Assembly: GCA_029939015.1 (NCBI GenBank)
Contig: JAOZTV010000001.1
Span: 1 to 39,482, forward strand
Direction of reading: 5' to 3'
Source: Candidatus Aminicenantes bacterium
GTDB lineage: Bacteria; Acidobacteriota; Aminicenantia; UBA2199
Length of the DNA stretch: 39,482 nucleotides
Shown piece by piece: positions 1 through 7,648 of this stretch; the first letter of the stretch is position 1; each line of letters begins with the position of its first letter. Below the pieces are notes generated by a model. It was not told the DNA's origin and did not search any database. It worked only from the letters and a program-made list of their open reading frames with translations. Both the position numbers and the translations under genes were made by a program.

Positions 1-677
1 AATTTTTCAAAATTAATTGTTTTATCATTAATTAAAAGATGATCAATATAGTTCATATTTAAAAAATTTTTTAAATAAACTAAAGGATATATATTTATTA
101 AGAAGAAAAAAAATATTTGAAAAACTGTCATGTAAGAATTATCATGAAATAAAAATGTTATTAATAGAATAATAATTGAAATACAATATATATTTACCAG
201 TACCTTAACAACCTTAAGCCTTTTTGAATCCTGTCCCTTAAAACCGCCATATATTATATAAAAATATAATACAATAATTATTGAAATTATTAACATAATT
301 AAAACATCAAATAATAATATTAAATTACCATTAAACAATGTAATACCAATATATACTATTAAAGAAAATGAATATAAAAAAATTGTCTGAAATGCTGACA
401 TTCGTTTTTCAATTAAAGATAATAAAAATGAAATGAAGAAGTATAAACTTATTATAATTATAGGAAATAAAACTAATATAGACTTCAATAAATCATTATT
501 GAATAACCTGATTAAAATAAATATTATTAAACCGAGTATATTAAATGAAATAATAAAATGAGAATAATTTAATAAATAAGAAAATTTATAACTTCTCGTA
601 AAGTCATAGGAGTTAATAATAGTATAAGCCCCTATAAGCAAAATATAAAAATACAAAAAAGCATCTAATAAATTCAT
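1..677 (-). CDS. polytopic integral membrane protein, N-terminal ~225 codons (3' end runs off the window)
   Basis: Hand translation of the minus strand from ATG (677-675) to position 1 is open for all 225 codons (MNLLDAFLYFYILLIGAYTIINSYDF...YGGFKGQDSKRLKVVKVLVNIYCISIIILLITFLF...). That is unlikely by chance in AT-rich DNA. The product is very I/L/F-rich with several TM-length hydrophobic runs. It is missing from the ORF track only because there is no stop inside the window. Family not recognised; Wzy/EpsG-like is only a guess. Confidence 0.6.
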   Translation of the reverse strand, partial: MNLLDAFLYFYILLIGAYTIINSYDFTRSYKFSYLLNYSHFIISFNILGLIIFILIRLFNNDLLKSILVLFPIIIISLYFFISFLLSLIEKRMSAFQTIFLYSFSLIVYIGITLFNGNLILLFDVLIMLIISIIIVLYFYIIYGGFKGQDSKRLKVVKVLVNIYCISIIILLITFLFHDNSYMTVFQIFFFFLINIYPLVYLKNFLNMNYIDHLLINDKTINFEK

Positions 678-717
678 TATTACAATTTATAACAAATATT
701 ATTTGTTTTGTAAAGTG

Positions 718-1296
718 TTAAAATTTTATACCCAAGCCTACTCCTGCCTTAATACCACCAAAACTTAATTTCTTTTTATAATCCGTTGTATTTTGAGAAT
801 TAAAATATCCAGCATTAATAGAAATATTAAAATTGTTAGAAAAATTATAGAATAAACCCATATCAAGTTTATATCCTGTGTTTTTACCACTATAATTATC
901 TAATAATATATCGGATAAATAAGCTCGTTCTTCATAATTAATAAGTACTATCCCACCTGAAATTTTCAAACTTATTTTCTTCTTTGCCATAAATTCATAT
1001 CCTATACCAAAAGATATAAAGCTCTGTTTTGAGCTTGCATTTACTTCAGCTCCGATGTCAATAATATCCCCTTTAATATTTATAAAGCCATAAGTTCCAA
1101 AAATGTATATATCTTTAAATAGTTTTATACCAGTTATTATTTCAGGATAAAATATTTTATCGCCATAAATTTTTGCATATTCAGTATCTGCAGGTTTTAA
1201 AAAACTCGTTGATATATCTATAAAAACATTGATTTTTGCATAAGATATCGTTGTCAAAAACAATATTAACATAGCTAAATATATTTTTCGCATCAT
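718..1296 (-). CDS. small outer-membrane beta-barrel protein
   Basis: N-terminal signal peptide (MMRKIYLAMLILFLTTISYA). Alternating hydrophobic beta-strand pattern with many G/Y/F. C-terminal ...GVGLGIKF ends in Phe, as in OMP85-targeted barrels. ATGA overlap with the upstream protease gene. Confidence 0.6.
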   Translation of the reverse strand: MMRKIYLAMLILFLTTISYAKINVFIDISTSFLKPADTEYAKIYGDKIFYPEIITGIKLFKDIYIFGTYGFINIKGDIIDIGAEVNASSKQSFISFGIGYEFMAKKKISLKISGGIVLINYEERAYLSDILLDNYSGKNTGYKLDMGLFYNFSNNFNISINAGYFNSQNTTDYKKKLSFGGIKAGVGLGIKF

Positions 1297-2618
1297 TCTG
1301 CTCCTTTTAAAGAAATCTTATTAGATGTTGAAAGTATATTTCCGTCATTGTCAATAGCATCGACAACATAATTATACTCATAATTTTTTGCAAGATACTT
1401 GTCTGTAAAATAATATTTTCCAGAGACAATATTTTCTGAATAAAATATTTTTATTTCTTCATAATTACCATTAGTTTCTTTTCTTTTTAAAATAAATCTA
1501 TTTACAGCCATTCCACTTGGATTTGAAACATTAACAACTAAATCAGCATATTTAAGTGTAAATGCCCAATAATTCAACTCTTTTTTTTCACCAGATAATG
1601 AAAGTGAAATAGATGGCCCCATTACAAGATAAGTAACTGCACAAGAAACTCCTGCAGCTGAATATTTTATTCTCATATAACCATTTTCACCCCAATATTC
1701 TCCCCAACTATTCCTTAAAATAAATGCCTGATCATCATCATCCCAACCTACCAAAGCAATTGCATGGTCAGCTTCTTCATAATAACAAGGAATTTCAGAG
1801 CATGTTTTATTTGCATCATCATAAACCCCACTTGAGTAGGCAGCCATTGCATTTGTAGTTAAAACTGCAGCATCAACTACTCCATAAGTCATAATAGCAG
1901 TTTTTATTGCCTCAATATTATTACATTCAACCCTATACCATGCTTTAAACTTAACCCTTGGTTGTTCAAAATGAGAACATTCTCCAGGATCTGCTTCAGC
2001 ATAAGGAAAATCAATTTCACTCGTAATACCATATTTTACAAGAGCACTTAACTCCGCATATTCATAATCTGCACCATCACACCCAAAAAAATTATTATTA
2101 TATTCAGGTAGTTTTCCAAGACACCACATAATAAATGATTCAGAAAAGTCTATACAATCTTCATCATATCTTCCAGTTGCGACGTTATACACCCCTTCTG
2201 CAGTAGCTGCTGCCCCAAAAGAATAACATGAGCCACAACCACCCTGATTCCTGATTTCACCTATATAAGAATGTCCATTATGGTCTCTCCAGTCAAATTT
2301 TGCTGGTAACACCTTTTTCCCAATTTCATATTGCAATGGTCCCATTCCCTTACTTACATAAGAAATGTCTTTTTTTATTGGTTTACGTCTTGTGAAAAAA
2401 AGTTTCTTCTCCTCTTTTGACATATCAAAAACCCAGTTATGGTCAACAGAAAACCCATATCCATTATGCAATATTTTTTCACGTATTTCCTCTAATGTAT
2501 CTTCCTTATCAAATTTTTTAATATCTTCATTGGCATCAGCCGAAAACATCACACCTGACAACAATATTGATATAAAAAATATTATAAAAAAAATTTTAAT
2601 ATAAACTTTATTTTTCAT
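1293..2618 (-). CDS. secreted papain-family (C1A) cysteine peptidase with C-terminal Ig/Fn3-like domain
   Basis: Signal peptide. Catalytic motifs are QGGCGSCYSFG (Cys), DHAIALVGWDD (His) and NSWGEYWGENGY (Asn/Trp). About 100 aa of beta-rich C-terminal extension. Confidence 0.85.
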   Translation of the reverse strand: MKNKVYIKIFFIIFFISILLSGVMFSADANEDIKKFDKEDTLEEIREKILHNGYGFSVDHNWVFDMSKEEKKLFFTRRKPIKKDISYVSKGMGPLQYEIGKKVLPAKFDWRDHNGHSYIGEIRNQGGCGSCYSFGAAATAEGVYNVATGRYDEDCIDFSESFIMWCLGKLPEYNNNFFGCDGADYEYAELSALVKYGITSEIDFPYAEADPGECSHFEQPRVKFKAWYRVECNNIEAIKTAIMTYGVVDAAVLTTNAMAAYSSGVYDDANKTCSEIPCYYEEADHAIALVGWDDDDQAFILRNSWGEYWGENGYMRIKYSAAGVSCAVTYLVMGPSISLSLSGEKKELNYWAFTLKYADLVVNVSNPSGMAVNRFILKRKETNGNYEEIKIFYSENIVSGKYYFTDKYLAKNYEYNYVVDAIDNDGNILSTSNKISLKGAE

Positions 2619-2666
2619 TTTTCCTCCAAAATTTTCTAATATTAAATAAAAATAAATATTTTATAG

Positions 2667-3242
2667 TTATAATCCTATTTCATTATCAATTGTACACATT
2701 GCATCAAGACTAAGTTTTGCAAATTCATTTAAAGGTATATCTATTTTTTCACATTCTCTAATTATTTCTCTGTTTACACTGGCTGCAAATGCCTTTTCTT
2801 TCATTCTTTTTACAATAGACTTTGATTTAACAGATTTAATTTTTTTATCCGGGTAAACTAATGTAGTTGCAACAATTAAGCCTGTAATTGTTTCTCCTGC
2901 TGCAAGAGCAATGTGAAACCTATCTGTTCTTTTTTCTTTACTTGCCTCTTCATTATGCATTCTAATTGATCTCGTAATAATAGGGTTGATACCCAAATCA
3001 TTCAATATCTTTTCTGTTTTAATACCATGTACTTTCAAATCATTATTTATCACTTCAAGGTCAAGATCATGTAATAAACCTGCAATCCCCCAGGCATCAA
3101 CATCTTCCTCAAATTTACTGGCAAGTTCACGCATTACAACCTCAGTCGCTAGGCAATGCCTGATAGTGTTTTCATTTTTAATATATTGTTTTAATAATTT
3201 CAATGCATTCTCTCTTGTAATCCCTATATCATTCTTTTCCAT
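2667..3242 (-). CDS. HD-domain metal-dependent phosphohydrolase (small, ~190 aa type)
   Basis: H...HD signature: IRHCLATEVVMRELA ... IAGLLHDLDLE, with a later MHNEE. Size and layout match stand-alone HD superfamily hydrolases. Confidence 0.7.
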   Translation of the reverse strand: MEKNDIGITRENALKLLKQYIKNENTIRHCLATEVVMRELASKFEEDVDAWGIAGLLHDLDLEVINNDLKVHGIKTEKILNDLGINPIITRSIRMHNEEASKEKRTDRFHIALAAGETITGLIVATTLVYPDKKIKSVKSKSIVKRMKEKAFAASVNREIIRECEKIDIPLNEFAKLSLDAMCTIDNEIGL

Positions 3243-3292
3243 TTAAAACTCCTAAGAATAATTGTACCATATCAATAATTTATTTTAAAATA

Positions 3293-3321
3293 TTGCAAAA
3301 ATCATATAATTTAGTTATAAT
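3293..3321 (+). promoter_or_regulatory. sigma70-like promoter for the mgl-adk-metalloenzyme gene string
   Basis: TTGCAA (3293-3298), 17-nt spacer, consensus TATAAT (3316-3321). Strong SD AAGGAGG at 3347-3353 ahead of the ATG at 3361. Confidence 0.45.
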
Positions 3322-3360
3322 AATTTATAAAAATAACAATATCATTAAGGAGGATATTTC

Positions 3361-4542
3361 ATGGATACAAAAAAATTAGGATTTAATTCAAAATTGATAC
3401 ACGCAGGACATTTTAAAGATGAGTTTTTGAGTGCAACTGTTCCAATTTATCAAACATCAACATTTTCATTTAAAAGTGCAAAACACGGAGCCGACTGTTT
3501 TTCAGGTGAAGATGATGGATATATTTACACTCGAATAGGAAACCCTACAATAAATGCATTAGAACAGAATATTGCTGAACTTGAAAACGGTTTTGGCGGA
3601 ATTGGAACCGCATCAGGCATGGGTGCTGTAACTACAATTTATATTGCTCTATTAAAACAGGGTGACCATATTGTTAGCAGTGATGCTGTTTATGGACCAG
3701 CAAGAGTTGCAATGGAAACTATTTTTGCAGGTTATGGAGTAGAATCAACTTATGTGAATACTTCAAATATTGAGGAAGTTAAAGCGGCTATCAGACCAAA
3801 TACAAAGGTTATCTACGTTGAAACACCTGCAAACCCTACAATAGGAATAACAGATTTAAAAGCAGTTTCAAAAATTGCAAAGGAAAATGATTGTATATTT
3901 GTGGTTGATAATACTTTCTGTAGCCCTTATTTACAAAAACCACTTGACCTTGGAGCTGACATTTCATTTCATTCATTAACAAAATTTATTAACGGTCATG
4001 CTGATATTGTTGGTGGTATGATTGTCTGTAAGGAAGAAAAATTATACAAACAGGTAAGAAGTGCAATGGTAACAATGGGACCAAATATGGATCCTCATCA
4101 GGCTTTTCTTGTAATTAGAGGTGTTAAAACACTTGCTATTAGGATAGACAGGGCTCAGGAAAACGCAATGAAAATTGCAAAATACCTTGAAAACCATCCA
4201 AAAATTGCCTGGATAAAATATCCTGGACTTAAATCACATCCACAACACGAACTTGCAAAAGAACAGATGAGTGGTTTTGGAACAATGATAAGTTTTGGTG
4301 TCAAGGGTGGAGCAGAGGCTGGAAGTAAACTTATGGATAATGTTCACCTTGCAACTCTTGCAGTTTCTCTTGGTGGAGTTGAAACATTAATTCAACATCC
4401 TGCTTCAATGACTCATGCAAAGGTATCAAAAGAAAACAAAATTAAAGCAGGCATTACTGATGATCTTGTAAGATATTCAGCAGGTATTGAAGACTTGGAA
4501 GATCTTATTAACGATCTTAAACATGCTTTAGATAAGGTATAG
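3361..4542 (+). CDS. mgl: PLP-dependent methionine gamma-lyase (Cys/Met metabolism family)
   Basis: 393 aa. PIYQTSTF, YIYTRIGNPT (MGL-like rather than the YEYSR of CGS/CBL), ASGMGA, and the PLP-lysine motif HSLTKFINGHAD. Confidence 0.75.
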   Translation: MDTKKLGFNSKLIHAGHFKDEFLSATVPIYQTSTFSFKSAKHGADCFSGEDDGYIYTRIGNPTINALEQNIAELENGFGGIGTASGMGAVTTIYIALLKQGDHIVSSDAVYGPARVAMETIFAGYGVESTYVNTSNIEEVKAAIRPNTKVIYVETPANPTIGITDLKAVSKIAKENDCIFVVDNTFCSPYLQKPLDLGADISFHSLTKFINGHADIVGGMIVCKEEKLYKQVRSAMVTMGPNMDPHQAFLVIRGVKTLAIRIDRAQENAMKIAKYLENHPKIAWIKYPGLKSHPQHELAKEQMSGFGTMISFGVKGGAEAGSKLMDNVHLATLAVSLGGVETLIQHPASMTHAKVSKENKIKAGITDDLVRYSAGIEDLEDLINDLKHALDKV

Positions 4543-4549
4543 ATTTAAT

Positions 4550-5719
4550 ATGCTAAACATAGCTCTGTTTGGACCTCCCGGTGCAGGAAAGGGAACACAG
4601 TCAGACCTTCTCATAGAAAGATATAATCTGGTACATATTTCTACCGGGGATATTCTGAGAAATGAAATATCCGAAAAAACAGAGCTTGGTTTAGAGGCAA
4701 AAAATATTATAGAAAAGGGAAGCCTGGTATCTGATGAACTGATAGTTCAGATTATTGAAAAAAAAATGAGAACCAATACTGAATGTAACGGTTTCTTATT
4801 TGATGGATTTCCAAGAACATTTGTGCAGGCCTATATACTTGAGGGTCTGCTTTTAAAAATGCATACCTCCCTTTTATCTTTAATCAGCATAGAAGTAACA
4901 GATAAAGAGTGTAAGAAAAGACTTCTAATTAGAGGAAAGACTTCAGGAAGAAGTGATGACACAGAAAAAGTCATTGATTTTAGACTAATTGAATATCAGA
5001 ACAAAACTTTCCCGGTTCTTAAATTCTATGAAGAAAGAGGGATCTTAGAACCTATAGATGGTATGGGTACAATTAATGAAATTTTTGAAAAGGTCTCAAA
5101 TTCAATTGAAAAAAATCTGCGGAAGGTTCTTTTCAATGTAGTAATTTTAGGATATCCTGGTTCTGGAAGAGGAACACAGGCAAAAAAACTTGCTGAAAAA
5201 TTCAATCTTATTTACATCTCAACGGGTGATATGCTACAGGAAGAAGTTAATAATAAAACTGAAGTAGGTCTTGCAATTAAAGAACTTATGGAAAATGGAA
5301 AATTAGTTCCAGATGAGATTGTCATACAATTGATAGAAAAAAAAATTAAATTGAATAAAGATGCAAGTGGTTTTGTATTTAAAGGATTTCCAAGAACAAT
5401 TATTCAGGCATATATTCTTGATGGCTTATTAAGAAAACAAAACACTTCAATATCCTGTATTATCGATCTTTCTGTACCAGTTCTACAATTAGTTAAAAGA
5501 TTGGCAGAACGTGGAAAAACAAAACAGAAAAGGCGTTATGATATCCAAACTGAGGCAATTGTAAAGAGACTTGAAGAACATGAAAAAAAGTCAATTCCAA
5601 TTATGCAATATTATCAAAAAGAAAAAAAAGTTTTTGCAGTAAATGGGCTTGGAAATAAAGACGATATATTCAAGGAAGTATTAAAACATATTGAATTTGC
5701 AATAAAAAACGCAAGATGA
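4550..5719 (+). CDS. adk: tandem (two-module) short-LID adenylate kinase
   Basis: Two AK modules of about 190 aa in one ORF. Module 1 has GPPGAGKGTQ, ISTGDILR, FDGFPRT, RGKTSGRSDD. Module 2 has GYPGSGRGTQ, ISTGDMLQ, FKGFPRT, RGKTKQKRRYD. Confidence 0.85.
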   Translation: MLNIALFGPPGAGKGTQSDLLIERYNLVHISTGDILRNEISEKTELGLEAKNIIEKGSLVSDELIVQIIEKKMRTNTECNGFLFDGFPRTFVQAYILEGLLLKMHTSLLSLISIEVTDKECKKRLLIRGKTSGRSDDTEKVIDFRLIEYQNKTFPVLKFYEERGILEPIDGMGTINEIFEKVSNSIEKNLRKVLFNVVILGYPGSGRGTQAKKLAEKFNLIYISTGDMLQEEVNNKTEVGLAIKELMENGKLVPDEIVIQLIEKKIKLNKDASGFVFKGFPRTIIQAYILDGLLRKQNTSISCIIDLSVPVLQLVKRLAERGKTKQKRRYDIQTEAIVKRLEEHEKKSIPIMQYYQKEKKVFAVNGLGNKDDIFKEVLKHIEFAIKNAR

Positions 5720-6651
5720 TTTTTATATTTTTAGATGGAGTTGGAATAGGAGAAAAATCTGAATATAATCCATTCTATGTATCTAATACAGAATATTTAC
5801 CTTTCTATGGTAAAGACATTAATTTACCCGATAATACACCAATAAAACCAATTGATGCTCTCCTTGGAGTTGATGGAATACCTCAGAGTGCAACTGGGCA
5901 AACAACGATATATACCGGGGAAAATATACCAAAAAAGATTGGTTCTCATAAAGGCAGTTTCCCAAATAAAGAGATGAGAGCAATATTAAAAAAGAACAAT
6001 ATTTTCAAAGGACTATTGGATAAAAATATTTCTGCAATGTTTTTAAATTCTTATCCCGGGCACTCAGAACTCTTTTATAAAACAAATATAAAAATTAAAG
6101 ACAATGGTGATTTTGTTTTTTCAGATAATTTTCCACAAAAATATAAAAGGAGAATATCTGTTACATCTTCAATGATGATTACTAATGAGATAAAACCATT
6201 TGGACTTTCTGATATTATAAATAAAAAATCTATATATCAGGACTATACAAATAATTCTATAATAAAATACGGAATAGACTGTCCTGAGTTTTCACCTGAA
6301 ACTGCAGCAGAAATCATATTTAATACCTCTAAAGAATACGATTTCATATTATATGAATTCTTCCTCACAGACCTATACGGCCATAGAAAACCCATAAAAG
6401 AATGTATTGAGCTTGTTTCTAATTTGAACAAACTTGTAAAAAAACTATTTTCATTATTGAATATCAAAGAAGATTCTTTAATAATTACAAGTGATCATGG
6501 AAATATTGAAGACCTCTCTATTAAATCTCATACATTAAATCCAGTACCATTAATTACCTGGGGTAAAAAGAGTGACTTCCTGAGAAACAAAATAAATAAT
6601 CTTGCAGATATCACTCCTGCAATATACGATTATTTTAAAATCATAAAATAA
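5716..6651 (+). CDS. alkaline-phosphatase-superfamily metalloenzyme (phosphopentomutase / cofactor-independent PGM-like)
   Basis: N-terminal IFLDGVGIGE resembles the metal-binding Asp motif of DeoB/iPGM. ITSDHGN near the C-terminus is the second metal site. ATGA overlap with adk. Exact activity cannot be called. Confidence 0.55.
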   Translation: MIFIFLDGVGIGEKSEYNPFYVSNTEYLPFYGKDINLPDNTPIKPIDALLGVDGIPQSATGQTTIYTGENIPKKIGSHKGSFPNKEMRAILKKNNIFKGLLDKNISAMFLNSYPGHSELFYKTNIKIKDNGDFVFSDNFPQKYKRRISVTSSMMITNEIKPFGLSDIINKKSIYQDYTNNSIIKYGIDCPEFSPETAAEIIFNTSKEYDFILYEFFLTDLYGHRKPIKECIELVSNLNKLVKKLFSLLNIKEDSLIITSDHGNIEDLSIKSHTLNPVPLITWGKKSDFLRNKINNLADITPAIYDYFKIIK

Positions 6652-6774
6652 TTATGGGCTGTACATGAGCATTTTGAATTTGTTGGTTTATTGCATTGGT
6701 TAATAATTCAAATTGGTTATCAACATCATATAAATCCAAATAGTTTATTGGAATTGGAGGAAAACCTGATAATG

Positions 6775-7074
6775 TTACTTAACTAATATTTCTTGCCTAT
6801 AGCCTATAGCAATCAGATAAATTGACCCCCAGTCGTTATCTCGTCCCACTATGATTATATAAATTTTAATGCCATCAGGAGCGATATAAGTGCCAATACG
6901 TTCATATGTTTTTATGACCTTTTTAAACATCTCTTTTACATCACCACAAACATGAAATACTTTCGATGTATCAATAGTATTAAGTAAATTTAGAATAAAA
7001 AAGCTGTATTGGCTTTTATCAAAAGAATTTTCAAAGGTTTCTTTGATATTATTCTTTGCTTGTAGTTTATCCAC
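6775..7074 (-). pseudogene. N-terminal stub resembling the leader region of Eco57I-type (type IIG) methyltransferase/restriction fusions
   Basis: 99 codons with a GTG start. ...FDKSQYSFFILNLLN...YERIGTYIAPDGIKIYIIIV... resembles the non-catalytic N-terminus that precedes the N6-MTase domain in large type IIG proteins. No MTase motifs (NPPY/FxGxG) follow. The assignment is by recollection only. Confidence 0.4.
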
Positions 7075-7115
7075 ACTTACCCCTCTTTATATGTATGATT
7101 TCTCATTTTTTCGAT

Positions 7116-7271
7116 TTATTGTCCCCTTTGTGACTCCTTTATGACCCCTTTGTCATCCAATCCTATAATCATCATTCCACCATCACTATTGGCAAATGCA
7201 GAAATAGCTTTGAGACAATCATTCCGCCAGCTTTGTTTATATTCAATAGTTTGAGATTCTTTATTCGCCAT
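7116..7271 (-). pseudogene. N-terminal stub of an AlbA_2 / Schlafen-like DNA-binding domain protein
   Basis: Not in the ORF track (51 codons); hand-translated as MANKESQTIEYKQSWRNDCLKAISAFANSDGGMMIIGLDDKGVIKESQRGQ*. The E-x-Q/E-x-hEaK...AFAN-x-x-GG-x-hhhG pattern is the start of the AlbA_2 domain. Full-length relatives are several hundred aa. Confidence 0.45.
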
Positions 7272-7303
7272 ATGTTATTCCCCAGTTAGATATAATGATA
7301 GTA

Positions 7304-7543
7304 TCACTTCCCTTTTTTTTCCAGATATTGTTGAGATTTGTTCAGCATAATACCGATAAGTATTCTGATTTTCTCTGTATTTTCCAAAGACGAATAAATT
7401 GCATGAAATCCACTTGAGTAAAAATACCCTACAAGACAGTCAAAAAACGATGTGTCTTTAATAAGAATTTCAAACCTTTTTTTAAGACTTTGATCTTGCT
7501 CGTTTGTAATAAATGATAAATCTGTGTCCATAAATATCCTCAA
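7304..7543 (-). pseudogene. N-terminal stub of a PLD-like-nuclease + SF2 helicase type protein
   Basis: FITNEQDQSLKKRFEILIKDTSFFDCLVGYFYSSGFHAIYSSLENTEKIRILIGI matches, from memory, the characteristic start of large PLD-domain/helicase proteins found in restriction-like loci. The ORF ends after 79 codons, before any HKD or helicase motif. Confidence 0.5.
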
Positions 7544-7648
7544 TTGAAGTAAAGTAATGCATTAAACAATAAATTAACATATTAATAATTATAAATCAAT
7601 ATTAGAAATTAATAATTTTTAAATGATTGGAATAGTATTAAACTACAC

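Noticed and set aside
6641-6776. Start-less open frame VTLSGFPPIPINYLDLYDVDNQFELLTNAINQQIQNAHVQPIIIL on the minus strand
   Set aside because: It is only about 45 codons, with no start codon and no recognisable family, so it cannot be supported as a feature. It is mentioned only as possible extra debris within the stub region.
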